Shown piece after piece: positions 48,448 to 57,624 of a stretch of 64,000 bases of DNA (position 1 is its first letter; every line of letters begins with the position of its first letter). The notes beneath the pieces were generated by a model. That model made no database searches. It had not been told where the DNA came from and was given only the letters and a program-made list of their open reading frames with translations. Source of the stretch: Candidatus Dormiibacterota bacterium (GTDB taxonomy: Bacteria > Chloroflexota > Dormibacteria > Aeolococcales > Aeolococcaceae); the NCBI GenBank assembly GCA_963799005.1, contig CAWCVK010000001.1:988066-1052065 (forward strand), in the 5' to 3' direction. A program made the position numbers and the translations under genes.

Positions 48448-49394
48448 GCACGTTGGATCAATCGCAATCCATCGCCTTTCCGGTCCCTGCGGGAGCCACC
48501 CAGGAGAGGCCGGCGGAAGTGCAGGACGTCGTCCCGGCCTTTGAGGCCCAGGGCGTCTGGCGGCTCGCGTTCAACGTTTTCGTGCAGAACCGGCTCGCCG
48601 TGGTCGGCGTCGGGATCGTGGTGTTCATGGTCCTGTTCTGTTTTGTGGGACCGCTTCTCTACCACACGAACCAGGCGGACACGAACCTCGCGAACGAATT
48701 CCTGGCTCCGTCGCGAGCGCATCCGCTCGGTACCGACCAGGACGGCTTCGACATCATCGGCCGGCTGATGATCGGCGGTCAGACGTCGCTCGAGATCGGC
48801 ATCGCCGCTGCGCTGATCGCCACCGTGTTCGGTGTCCTCTGGGGCGCCGTCGCGGGGTTCTTCGGCGGCTGGATCGACAACATCCTGATGCGCTTCGTCG
48901 ACATCATGCTCGCCATCCCGGCGCTGTTCCTCCTCCTCTTTCTCGCCGTCGCCTTCCCGCGCAACGTGCTGACGCTGATCCTCGTGGTCTCGATCACGGC
49001 GTGGCTCATCCCCGCACGTCTGGTGCGTGCCGAGGCACTCACGCTGCGAACTCGTGAGTACGTCCAGGCCGTGACCATGATGGGAGGGGGCGGGTTCCGG
49101 ATCGTGCTCCGCCACATCATTCCCAACTCGGTGGGGACGATCATGGTCAACGCCACGTTCCAGGTGGCCGACGCGATCCTGCTCGTCGCCGCAGTCAACT
49201 TCCTGGGTCTGGGGATCGCCCCGCCGGCTACCAACTGGGGTGCCATGCTCTCCGACGGGACGACATACATCGCCAACGGGTGGTGGTGGCTGATCTATCC
49301 CGCCGGGATCGCGATCGTGCTCACGGTGGTCGCCTTCAACTTCATCGGCGATGCGCTGCGGGATGCGCTCGAGGTGCGGCTCCAGAAGCGCTGA
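48444..49394 (+). CDS. ABC transporter permease (DppC/OppC-like)
   Basis: ATGA overlap with the upstream permease. HPLGTDQDGFDIIGRL and a BPD_transp_1-like core. Confidence 0.9.
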   Translation: MSTLDQSQSIAFPVPAGATQERPAEVQDVVPAFEAQGVWRLAFNVFVQNRLAVVGVGIVVFMVLFCFVGPLLYHTNQADTNLANEFLAPSRAHPLGTDQDGFDIIGRLMIGGQTSLEIGIAAALIATVFGVLWGAVAGFFGGWIDNILMRFVDIMLAIPALFLLLFLAVAFPRNVLTLILVVSITAWLIPARLVRAEALTLRTREYVQAVTMMGGGGFRIVLRHIIPNSVGTIMVNATFQVADAILLVAAVNFLGLGIAPPATNWGAMLSDGTTYIANGWWWLIYPAGIAIVLTVVAFNFIGDALRDALEVRLQKR

Positions 49395-49440
49395 CGGCGG
49401 TTTTCGGCGCCCGACCCTCCGGTGGCGCTGCCCTGACTTA

Positions 49441-50491
49441 CTACGCGGCGGTCTCCAGCGGCGGTCTCAACGGGAAGTGGCAGGCGGCTTGGTGGTGCTC
49501 GCCGAAGGCGCGGAGGGGGGGTTCCTGCTCGGCGCAGAGCGGCTGCGCGTAGGGGCATCGGGTGCGGAACCGGCAGCCTGATGGCGGGTTGATCGCCGAT
49601 GGGATCTCACCCTTCGGTGCGTCCATGTCCTTGCCGCGCTCGACGTCGGGGTCCGGGATGGGGATCGCGCTCACCAGGCCTTTGGTGTACGGATGCGCGG
49701 GCTCGGCGTACAGCTCGGCGCCACTGCCGATCTCGACCATCTTGCCGAGGTACATCACGCCGATGCGATCGGACATGTACTTCACGATCGACAGATCGTG
49801 GGAGATGATCACGTAGGTCAGCCCGTACTTCTCCTGCAGGCTGTTCATCATGTTGAGAATCTGCGAGCGGATGGAGACGTCGAGCGCCGACACCGGTTCG
49901 TCCGCGACGATGAGGCTGGGGTTGAGGGCCAGCGCTCGGGCAAGCCCGATGCGCTGCCGCTGACCGCCGCTGAACTCGTGCGGATAACGGTCGAGCGCGC
50001 CGCGCGCGAGTCCGACGTCGTTGAGCAGCTCGGCGCAGCGCTCGATCTGCTGCGACTTCCTGCCGATGCCCTGGATCGCGAGGGGTTCGCGCAGGATGGT
50101 GACCACGCGCATGCGCGGGTCCAGTGACGCATACGGGTCCTGGAACATCATCTGCATGTCGCGGCGCTTGGTGCGCAGCTTTCCCTTCCCCATCCTGGCG
50201 ATGTCCTCGCCGTTGATGACGATCGAGCCCGATGTCGGCGGCTCGAGCGCCACGATCATTCGCCCGGTCGTCGTCTTGCCACATCCCGAACTCTCCGACG
50301 AGCCCGAACGTCTCGCCGGGGAGCACCTCGAACGAGACGTCCGAGACCGCGTGCACCGCGCCGACCCGCCGTTGCAGCACCGCTCCACGGGTGACGGGAA
50401 ACTCCTTGACGAGGTTCTTCACCACGAGGAATGGCTTGGCGCCGTTGGACGCGACGGATGTCGCGGTCGGGGTCGCCGGCGTGACCGTCAT
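49441..50491 (-). pseudogene. Oligopeptide-type ABC ATP-binding protein (OppF/DppF-like), +1 frame break inside Walker A
   Basis: N-terminus ..[16 protein letters not shown] in the 49607..50641 frame; [12 protein letters not shown].. onward in 49441..50388. Deleting one T of GAGTTC (plus-strand GAACTC 50288-50293) restores [22 protein letters not shown] and the C-terminal oligopeptide-ABC domain are present. Confidence 0.85.
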
Positions 50492-51504
50492 CCGACCGGG
50501 ACGGTCTCGGGGGCGACGGGGCTGTCGACGCCGGCGGGGTGGTGACAGGCGTAGTAATGCCCCGGCTCGTGCTCGACGAGCGGCGGTTCCTCGGCGTGGC
50601 ATATCGCCGTGTCGTACCTGCAGCGAGCGGCGAAGCGGCACGCAGGTGGTGGGGCGGTGAGGTCCGGCGGCAGGCCGGGGATGCTGTAGAGGCCGGTGGC
50701 GGCGTCCTGGTCGAGCCTCGGTATCGCCTCGACGAGCGCCTCGGTGTACCGATGCCGCATCCCCTTGAAGAGGCGGCGTGTCTCCGACGTCTCGACGATC
50801 TTGCCCGCGTACATGACCGCGACCCGGTCGGCGCGACCGGCGATCACGCCCATGTCGTGGGTGATCAGCAGCACCGCCATGTGCAATCGCCGGCGTAGGT
50901 CGTCGAGGAGATCGAGGATCTGCGCCTGGATGGTGACGTCGAGCGCTGTGGTGGGCTCGTCGGCGATCAGGAGCTTGGGGTCGCAGACCAACGCCATCGC
51001 GATCATCACGCGCTGGCGCAGCCCCCCGGACAGCTGGTGCGGGTAGTCGCTGAGCCGCTCTCTGGGGCGCGGCATCCCGACCAGGCCGAGGACTTCCGCG
51101 CTCCGCTCGCGGGTCTCGGCATCGTTGGTGTCCCGGTGAATGTGGAGCACCTCGCCGATCTGGTCGCCGATCGTCATCGTCGGGTTGAGCGACGTCATCG
51201 GGTCCTGGAAGATCACGGCGACCTCATTGCCGCGGATGTCGCGCATCGCCTTCTCGTCGAGCGGCACGATGTTGCGCCCATTGAGCTTGATGCTCCCGGC
51301 CACGATGTTGCCGCCGGAGGGGAGAAGCTTCATGATCGACATGCCGGTGATGCTCTTGCCGCAGCCGGATTCGCCCACCAGCCCCAATGTCTCTCCGGGG
51401 GCGATGTGCAGGGAGATGCCGTCGACCGCGTGGACCGTCGTTCGGGTGAGCCGGATATAGGTCTTCAGACCGTCGATTTCGAGTACGTTGGTCGCGCTGT
51501 CCAC
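50488..51504 (-). CDS. Oligopeptide-type ABC ATP-binding protein (OppD/DppD-like)
   Basis: [19 protein letters not shown] and [12 protein letters not shown]. The stop overlaps the downstream ATPase ATG (ATGA). Confidence 0.9.
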   Translation of the reverse strand: MDSATNVLEIDGLKTYIRLTRTTVHAVDGISLHIAPGETLGLVGESGCGKSITGMSIMKLLPSGGNIVAGSIKLNGRNIVPLDEKAMRDIRGNEVAVIFQDPMTSLNPTMTIGDQIGEVLHIHRDTNDAETRERSAEVLGLVGMPRPRERLSDYPHQLSGGLRQRVMIAMALVCDPKLLIADEPTTALDVTIQAQILDLLDDLRRRLHMAVLLITHDMGVIAGRADRVAVMYAGKIVETSETRRLFKGMRHRYTEALVEAIPRLDQDAATGLYSIPGLPPDLTAPPPACRFAARCRYDTAICHAEEPPLVEHEPGHYYACHHPAGVDSPVAPETVPVG

Positions 51505-51563
51505 GGGAATGTGGCGATCCTCCTCACCGGCAGTGTATCAGCGCCACCACGCCGCTTTGTGGC

Positions 51564-52475
51564 TTGTTGCGAGCGGTCCGGGTTGCTAGGCTCGCGCTGT
51601 GCAGGCGAGTCGAGAGCAACGCCGGCGTCCGGGCTGAGGAGGACGGCTTCGTCGGGGTCCGCGGCCTCCAGATCCATGTCAGGACATGGCTTCCTGCGGG
51701 CGCGCCGTCTGGTGTGGTCGTCGTCGCGCACGGGTTCGCCGAGCACGGGGGCCGATATTCGGCGGTCGCCGAGCGGCTGATCACCGACGGCCTCGCGGTG
51801 ACCGCCGCCGACCATCGAGGCCATGGGCTCAGCGAGGGCAAGCGGACCAGCGTGGTCCGTTTTGACGACTACGTCGACGACCTCACCACGGTGATCACCC
51901 GGGCACGCGCGCGCTGGCCCTCGCTGCGCGTCGTGCTGCTCGGACACAGCATGGGCGGTCTGATCGCACTCGACCTCGCCGTGCGCGGCGCTGCGCGGCT
52001 CGACGGCCTCGTGCTCTCCGCACCCGCGGCGTGTCCCCGCGAGATGTCGAAATTCACACTCATGGTCGGCCGCGCGCTGTCGCGCGTGGCGCCGGATACC
52101 GGCGTCCTGCGCCTACCGCTCAACCGGATCAGCCGCGACCCCGCGGTCGTCGACGCGTACAACAACGATCCGCTGGTGTTCCGCACGCCGATACGCGCAC
52201 GGCTCGGTGCGCAGATGCTCGTCGCGATGGATCGTGTCGACGCGAAACTGCCATCGCTGCGTGTGCCGCTGCTGGTGATGCAGGGGACGGCCGACGGTCT
52301 CGTCGATCCGGGCTGCGGGCCGCACGTCTACGCGCGCGCCGGCTCCGCCGACAAGACACTGAAGATGTATGACGGACTCTGGCACGAGATCTTCAACGAG
52401 CCGGAGCGCGACCACGTCCTGGGTGACCTCACCGGCTGGCTGCGTTCTCACCTCGGCCGACCCGCGGTGCACTAG
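51564..52475 (+). CDS. Alpha/beta hydrolase, monoacylglycerol lipase / lysophospholipase-like
   Basis: VVVAHGFAEHGGRY..DHRGHGLSEG, nucleophile elbow LLGHSMGG, and C-terminal GLWHEIFNE. The TTG start is uncertain. Confidence 0.75.
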   Translation: MLRAVRVARLALCRRVESNAGVRAEEDGFVGVRGLQIHVRTWLPAGAPSGVVVVAHGFAEHGGRYSAVAERLITDGLAVTAADHRGHGLSEGKRTSVVRFDDYVDDLTTVITRARARWPSLRVVLLGHSMGGLIALDLAVRGAARLDGLVLSAPAACPREMSKFTLMVGRALSRVAPDTGVLRLPLNRISRDPAVVDAYNNDPLVFRTPIRARLGAQMLVAMDRVDAKLPSLRVPLLVMQGTADGLVDPGCGPHVYARAGSADKTLKMYDGLWHEIFNEPERDHVLGDLTGWLRSHLGRPAVH

Positions 52476-52487
52476 AGTTCATCAACG

Positions 52488-53291
52488 ATGCGCGAAGCGT
52501 GGTTCGTCAAACCCGGGTCGAAAGTCAATGTCGCCCGCATCGATCCGCGCGATACGCGAGCCCTCAAGGGCGGCCACAGGGCGGCGGCTGCCGCACTGCA
52601 TGATGATCAGGCAGCGCTCATCGAGTTGCAGACGCGTCTGTGGGCGGAGAGCCGCCGATCGCTGCTGCTGATCCTGCAGGGCACCGATGCGTCGGGGAAG
52701 GACGGCACGGTTGCGCACGTCTTCAGCGGCGTGAACCCTCAGGGAACGCAAGTCACATCGTTCAAGCCACCGACCGCCGAAGAGCTCGCGCACGACTTTC
52801 TCTGGCGCGTGCACCAGGCGGTGCCACGTGCCGGGGAGATCGGCATCTTCAACCGATCGCACTACGAGGACGTCCTGGTGGCACGCGTGCGCAAGCTCGT
52901 GCCCAGACAGGTGTGGAAGCAGCGCTACGACGACATCACCGCCTTCGAGTCGCTACTCACCCAAGGTGGCACGACCATCGTCAAATGCTGCCTGCTCATC
53001 TCCAAGGACGAGCAGCGCAGCCGCCTCGAAGAACGCCTCCGAGATCCCCAGAAACGCTGGAAGTTCCAGCGCGGTGACCTCGAGGATCGCGCGCTCTGGA
53101 AGGAATATCAGGCCGCATACTCGGAGGCGATCACGCGCACCTCGACGAAGGACGCGCCCTGGTACGTGATCCCATCCGACCACAAGTGGTTCCGCAACTG
53201 GGCGGTGAGCCGGCTGCTCATCGAGACACTCACCGAGATGGACCCGAAATATCCCGAGCCACCCGATCTCGCCGGCATCAAGATCACCTGA
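52488..53291 (+). CDS. Polyphosphate kinase 2 family protein (single-domain PPK2)
   Basis: LLLILQGTDASGKDGTV (Walker A-like), FLWRVH..P..GEIGIFNRSHYEDVL and WYVIPSDHKWFRN. Confidence 0.85.
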   Translation: MREAWFVKPGSKVNVARIDPRDTRALKGGHRAAAAALHDDQAALIELQTRLWAESRRSLLLILQGTDASGKDGTVAHVFSGVNPQGTQVTSFKPPTAEELAHDFLWRVHQAVPRAGEIGIFNRSHYEDVLVARVRKLVPRQVWKQRYDDITAFESLLTQGGTTIVKCCLLISKDEQRSRLEERLRDPQKRWKFQRGDLEDRALWKEYQAAYSEAITRTSTKDAPWYVIPSDHKWFRNWAVSRLLIETLTEMDPKYPEPPDLAGIKIT

Positions 53292-53351
53292 TACACGGCG
53301 AACCCCGTCGAGAAATCTAAAAACAGGGGACACGGGGGATTCCCCCATGCG

Positions 53352-53430
53352 TGGCGACCCCGATCGGATTCGAACCGACGATCTCCACCTTGACAGGGTG
53401 GCGTGTTAGGCCAGGCTACACCACGGGGCC
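53352..53430 (-). tRNA. tRNA-Asp (anticodon GTC), 76 nt plus encoded CCA
   Basis: Reverse complement GGCCCCG TG GTGT AGCCTGGCCTA ACAC G CCACC CTGTCAA GGTGG AGATC GTCGG TTCGAAT CCGAT CGGGGTC G CCA. All four arms pair. Confidence 0.9.
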
Positions 53431-53486
53431 GGGAAGCACCCGATGATAGCAACCGGGGTCGCACCGAACCGGAGTACGTTTCGGCG

Positions 53487-53963
53487 ATGTCCCGCCGACC
53501 GATGCGTCCCAACGAGATCTCGTCAGGAGGGGTCGTGGTGCGGCGATCCCGGGATGGTTATCAGGTCTGCCTGGTCAGCGATGGCCGGCACTGGGGTTTC
53601 CCGAAGGGCCACGTCGAGCCCGGCGAGACCCCCGAGGCGGCTGCGATGCGCGAGATCTCCGAGGAGACCGGCATCGCGCTCGGATCGCTCGTGCTCCGGG
53701 ACCCTCTGCCAGTGTCGGAGTACGTCTACCGCCGGCCCAACCATGGCGCGTTGGTTTTCAAGCGCGTCCATCACTTCATCGTCGAGGCGCCGGCGGACAC
53801 CGAGCTGCACCCGGATCCGGCCGAGATCGCCGAGGCCGTGTGGCTCACGTTCGACGAGGCGAAGGCCCGGCTGAGCTTCAGGAACAGCGTCGTCGTCCTG
53901 GACGCGGCGCGTCGGCTGCTCGAGCCCGCGCCGCCGTCGGGGGCGCCGCCGACCGCGCCGTAG
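53487..53963 (+). CDS. NUDIX hydrolase
   Basis: ATG 53487. Nudix box GFPKGHVEPGETPEAAAMREISEETGI. Confidence 0.8.
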   Translation: MSRRPMRPNEISSGGVVVRRSRDGYQVCLVSDGRHWGFPKGHVEPGETPEAAAMREISEETGIALGSLVLRDPLPVSEYVYRRPNHGALVFKRVHHFIVEAPADTELHPDPAEIAEAVWLTFDEAKARLSFRNSVVVLDAARRLLEPAPPSGAPPTAP

Positions 53964-53966
53964 AAT
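53961..53966 (+). promoter_or_regulatory. -10-like box TAGAAT, 8 nt upstream of the MshC-like ATG (leaderless/short-leader candidate)
   Basis: The sequence is ccgTAGAATcgggtggcATG. The box overlaps the NUDIX stop codon and no SD is present. Confidence 0.3.
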
Positions 53967-53974
53967 CGGGTGGC

Positions 53975-55175
53975 ATGCAATTGTTCGACACCGCCCGCCA
54001 GGAGGTGGTGCCCTTCGAACCGCGGGGCGGGCGGGTCGGCATGTACGTCTGCGGCATCACCCCGTACGACTCGGCACACCTCGGCCACGCGTTCGTCTAC
54101 CACGTGTTCGACGTGCTCCATCGTCGCTTACGCGACCTCGGCATCTCGGTGCGAAGCGTGCGCAACCTCACCGACGTCGATGACGACATCCTGCGCGTCG
54201 CCCGCCAGCGCGGAGTCGACTTCCGGGAGCTCGCCACCGACCAGGCGCGCATCTTCGACGCCGACATGGCGGAGATCGGGCTCCTCGCCGTCGACGTGGC
54301 GCCTCGGGCCACCGAGCACGTCGGCGAGATGGTCGAGTGGATCAAGAGGCTCGTGGACGGGGGGTATGCATACGCCGTGGACGGCTGGGCATTCTTCGAT
54401 TCCGGCGCGTACCCGGACTACGGCCGGCTGAGCCGCCTCGACCACGCGACTCTCAATCGAGCTCAGCCGCGAGCGCGGCGCCGACCCCGACGATCCGCGC
54501 AAGCGGCATCCGCTCGATTTCGTGCTCTGGCAGTCGTCAGCCCCTGGTGAGCCCAGCTGGCCGAGCCCGTGGGGACCGGGACGCCCAGGCTGGCACATCG
54601 AGTGCACGGTGATGTCGACCGGCGCGCTGGGGCATCCCATCGACATCCACGGCGGCGGCGACGACCTGATCTTCCCGCACCACGAGTCCGAGATCGCCCA
54701 GGCGGAGGCCGCCGGGGTCGCGCCCTACGTCAGGCACTGGACGCACGTTGCGATGGTCGAGCACGAGGGCCGGAAGATGAGCAAATCCCTCGGCAACCTC
54801 ATCTTCGTGCGCGACCTGGTCGCCCGCGTGCCGGCCGCTGCGGTCCGCCTCCTGCTGGCGTCCCACCACTACCGGCAGTCATGGACGTATGACGACGTCG
54901 AGGTCGACATCGCCGGGGCCCGTTACCGGCGGTATCTCGCGGCGATGCAGGGTGGAGGCAGGCTCAGTCACGAGGCGGCCGAGCGTCACGAGCGACGATT
55001 CTTCGAGCGGCTCGACGATGACCTCGACACGCCCGGGGCGCTCGACGAGCTCGACGCCATCGCGCGGGAGCTTTCCAGCAGCACCGCCGGCACGGAACCC
55101 GGCACCGAGGGTCAGCAGCTGCTCGGGCGGCTGCTGGGGGCGCTCGGCGCGGAGGCCGAGACCGTCCGAGCGTAA
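53975..55175 (+). pseudogene. Cysteine-ligase of the CysS class-I family lacking an anticodon-binding domain (MshC-like, Cys:GlcN-Ins ligase), one +1 frame break
   Basis: MYVCGITPYDSAHLGHA (HIGH-like), NLTDVDDDI; after the break ..DPDDPRKRHPLDFVLWQSSAPGEPSWPSPWGPGRPGWHIEC and KMSKS. About 400 aa in total. The break is at ~54450-54455 (CTCAATCGAG, extra A). Confidence 0.75.
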
Positions 55176-55179
55176 GGCC

Positions 55180-55875
55180 TTAGTCGCCCCAGGGCGCGCG
55201 GTCGCCGCGCGAACGGAATCGGAGCACGGCGGTGGAGATGTTCTCCTCGAGGTAGCGGGAGAAAAGCTGTCGCTGCGACACGTCGATCGCGGCTTCGACC
55301 TCCTGTCCTTCGCGACGCCGCGCGATCCACGGAGGGACGCCGTCGGCGACCATCTCGGTGCCCACCCGGACGTGCACCAGCGACGCGTTGTCCTCGCTCA
55401 CGTGCACGGTGACCTTGAGCACCAGACCGGTGTGCTCGACGATCCGCCAGCTCCGTTCCCATCGAGCCTTGCGCGCCGGGTCATGGGCCAGACGGACGGA
55501 CTCATCGACGATCACGCTCTCGCCGGTGCGAGCAGCGCGACCCAGCAGGCGCCGGATGCTCTGATCGAGTTCGCGAGCGATCCAGTCGACGAGCGACGGT
55601 GCGCGGTCGTTGAGGTCGGGGAATCCGTTCGGGTCCTTGGCGAGCTCGCCGATCGCCTGCACGGTGCTGGCGTGGCGGCGGCAGTAGCTGATGCCCGAGA
55701 AGGACACGCTGTGGGCGGGGCAGAATGCGGTCGGGCACCGGCGGCCGCGACGGTCGCGGTAGGCGCAGACCTGAGCGTTGGTGTTGGCGCAGCCGCGCAA
55801 GGAGCACGGAACCCGCGGGGACGCGACGAGGCCGTTGCCCGTGTCCTGCGGGGTGGGCTGGAACACGGTGGTCAT
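55180..55875 (-). CDS. Hypothetical protein with N-terminal Cys/His-rich cluster
   Basis: 231 aa, located 24 nt downstream of the DAHP synthase gene. Cys24, 29, 37, 47, 52, 65 and His55, 68 (C-x4-C-x7-C-x9-C-x4-C-x2-H-x9-C-x2-H). No family recognised. Confidence 0.55.
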   Translation of the reverse strand: MTTVFQPTPQDTGNGLVASPRVPCSLRGCANTNAQVCAYRDRRGRRCPTAFCPAHSVSFSGISYCRRHASTVQAIGELAKDPNGFPDLNDRAPSLVDWIARELDQSIRRLLGRAARTGESVIVDESVRLAHDPARKARWERSWRIVEHTGLVLKVTVHVSEDNASLVHVRVGTEMVADGVPPWIARRREGQEVEAAIDVSQRQLFSRYLEENISTAVLRFRSRGDRAPWGD

Positions 55876-55899
55876 CGGCGAACCTGCACGCCGACGATC

Positions 55900-56952
55900 C
55901 TACCCCGAGGTTGCAGCCCTGACCGGTGACGGAGCTGTTGCGACCTGCCGATCGAGGGCGACGGCGAGGCGTTGGATGGTTCCCATCAGCTCGGCGAACG
56001 CCGCCGGGGTCAGGGACTGCGCGCCATCGCTCAAGGCGTTCTCGGGATCGGGATGCACCTCGATCATGAGGCCGTCGGCGCCCGCGGCGAATGCGGCGCG
56101 GGCCATCGGGGGCACCAGCGGACGGTGGCCGGTGGCATGCGACGGATCGACGATCACCGGCAGATGCGACAGCGACTTGATCACGGGCACGGCGCTGAGG
56201 TCGAGTGTGTTGCGGGTCGCCGCCTCGAACGTTCGGATGCCACGCTCGCAGAGCACAACGTTGGGGTTGCCGTGGGCCACGACGTACTCGGCGGCGAGCA
56301 GCCATTCCTCGATGGTGTTGCTGAGCCCGCGCTTCAGGAGCACCGGCCGGCGCGCCCCGCCGACCGCCTCGAGCAGCGCGAAGTTCTGGGCATTGCGGGT
56401 GCCGACCTGGAGCATGTCGGCGTGCTCCGACACCAACTCGACGTCCGCCGGCGTCAGTACCTCGGTCACCACCGGAAGCCCGGTCACGTCGCGGGCCTCG
56501 GCGAGGTGACGCAGCCCGTCGAGCCCGAGCCCCCGAAACGAGTACGGGGAAGAGCGCGGCTTGAACGCGCCGCCGCGGAACATGGTCGCGCCCGCGCCGG
56601 CCACGGCCCGTGCGGTCGCGAGCACCTGGTCGCGGCTCTCGACGGCGCACGGCCCGGCGATGACCACGAACGATCCGTCGCCGAAACGGACGCCGGAGAC
56701 ATCGACCACGGTGGGCTCAGGATGCCACTCCCGGGTCACCTGCTTGTACGGCTTGCTCACCGGAATCGCGTCGACGACGCCGGGGAGATCGCAGATCGCA
56801 TCGCGTATCGACCCCGGGTTGCTGCCGAGCACTCCGATCGCCAGGCGGTCGGCGCCGGGCAGCTCGATCGGCTCGAAGCCGCGCTCACGCACGTGCCTCA
56901 CGACGTTGGCGACCTCCTCAGGTGTCGCCTGCACGTTCATGACCACCAGCAT
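55900..56952 (-). CDS. 3-deoxy-7-phosphoheptulonate (DAHP) synthase, type I-beta with N-terminal ferredoxin-like regulatory domain
   Basis: 350 aa. N-terminal [14 protein letters not shown]..; core [32 protein letters not shown] and ..DPSHATG. Confidence 0.85.
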   Translation of the reverse strand: MLVVMNVQATPEEVANVVRHVRERGFEPIELPGADRLAIGVLGSNPGSIRDAICDLPGVVDAIPVSKPYKQVTREWHPEPTVVDVSGVRFGDGSFVVIAGPCAVESRDQVLATARAVAGAGATMFRGGAFKPRSSPYSFRGLGLDGLRHLAEARDVTGLPVVTEVLTPADVELVSEHADMLQVGTRNAQNFALLEAVGGARRPVLLKRGLSNTIEEWLLAAEYVVAHGNPNVVLCERGIRTFEAATRNTLDLSAVPVIKSLSHLPVIVDPSHATGHRPLVPPMARAAFAAGADGLMIEVHPDPENALSDGAQSLTPAAFAELMGTIQRLAVALDRQVATAPSPVRAATSG

Positions 56953-56977
56953 TGACTGATCCTACGAGAAGCGGGGG

Positions 56978-57616
56978 TCACGCCCACCTCCAGCTGTTCA
57001 GGACCTGCTGCAGGGCCGCTGTGTCATGGGCGAAGGTGGCCTGACCGGCACCCAGCGCGATCTCATAGGTGTTGCCCGCCTGGTTCACCACCATCTCCTC
57101 GTCCTCCTGTGCCGCCCCGCCCGATGGGGTGACCACGAACGTGATGACCACGCCCGACATCCCGCCGACGTCGATGGGCTCGGCCTGTCCAGCATCGACC
57201 GCGCCCGGAGGGACAGCGGTGGTCAGGTACTGGGCGAGCTGATCATCGGCCACAGGCTGCGACGTCGTCCTCGCGACGATGAGGGCGCCGTCGGGCGCGG
57301 CAAGGAGCATGAGGATGGTGCCGCTCCCACCCAGCGTGGCCGCGGCGCGCTGGTTCGCCGTCTGATCCCGCCACCCCCTGGGGATGTCGGTGCGGAAACC
57401 GGTTCCGGCGAAGGGCTGCGGCGACGCGGTGCGGTTCGAGGGTGCCGCGCCGATGCTGCTCGGGGTCACGGTGACCGCGGTCGCGGCGCACGCGGTGACC
57501 AACAGGGTCGCGACGCATGCGCCCGCACCGAGGGCGTGCGTACAGGGGGAAGCCAAGGTCACCGTACCGAGGATAGCCGAGCGCTCCCGCCTCGGCGGCC
57601 ATCGATGCGAGGACAA
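56978..57616 (-). CDS. Putative lipoprotein, LpqN/LpqT (PsbP-fold)-like
   Basis: Lipobox LLVTACAA. Mature part has F..DIPRGWRD.. and an alternating beta pattern. The TTG start is uncertain. Sits 25 nt upstream of the DAHP synthase gene. Confidence 0.45.
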   Translation of the reverse strand: MSSHRWPPRRERSAILGTVTLASPCTHALGAGACVATLLVTACAATAVTVTPSSIGAAPSNRTASPQPFAGTGFRTDIPRGWRDQTANQRAAATLGGSGTILMLLAAPDGALIVARTTSQPVADDQLAQYLTTAVPPGAVDAGQAEPIDVGGMSGVVITFVVTPSGGAAQEDEEMVVNQAGNTYEIALGAGQATFAHDTAALQQVLNSWRWA

Positions 57617-57624
57617 TCGCAGAT

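Noticed and set aside
53329-53349. Palindrome CACGGGGGATTCCCCCATG between ppk2 and tRNA-Asp as a bidirectional terminator
   Set aside because: Full pairing would leave a loop of only 1-3 nt. The effective stem is only about 4-5 bp, which is too weak to call.
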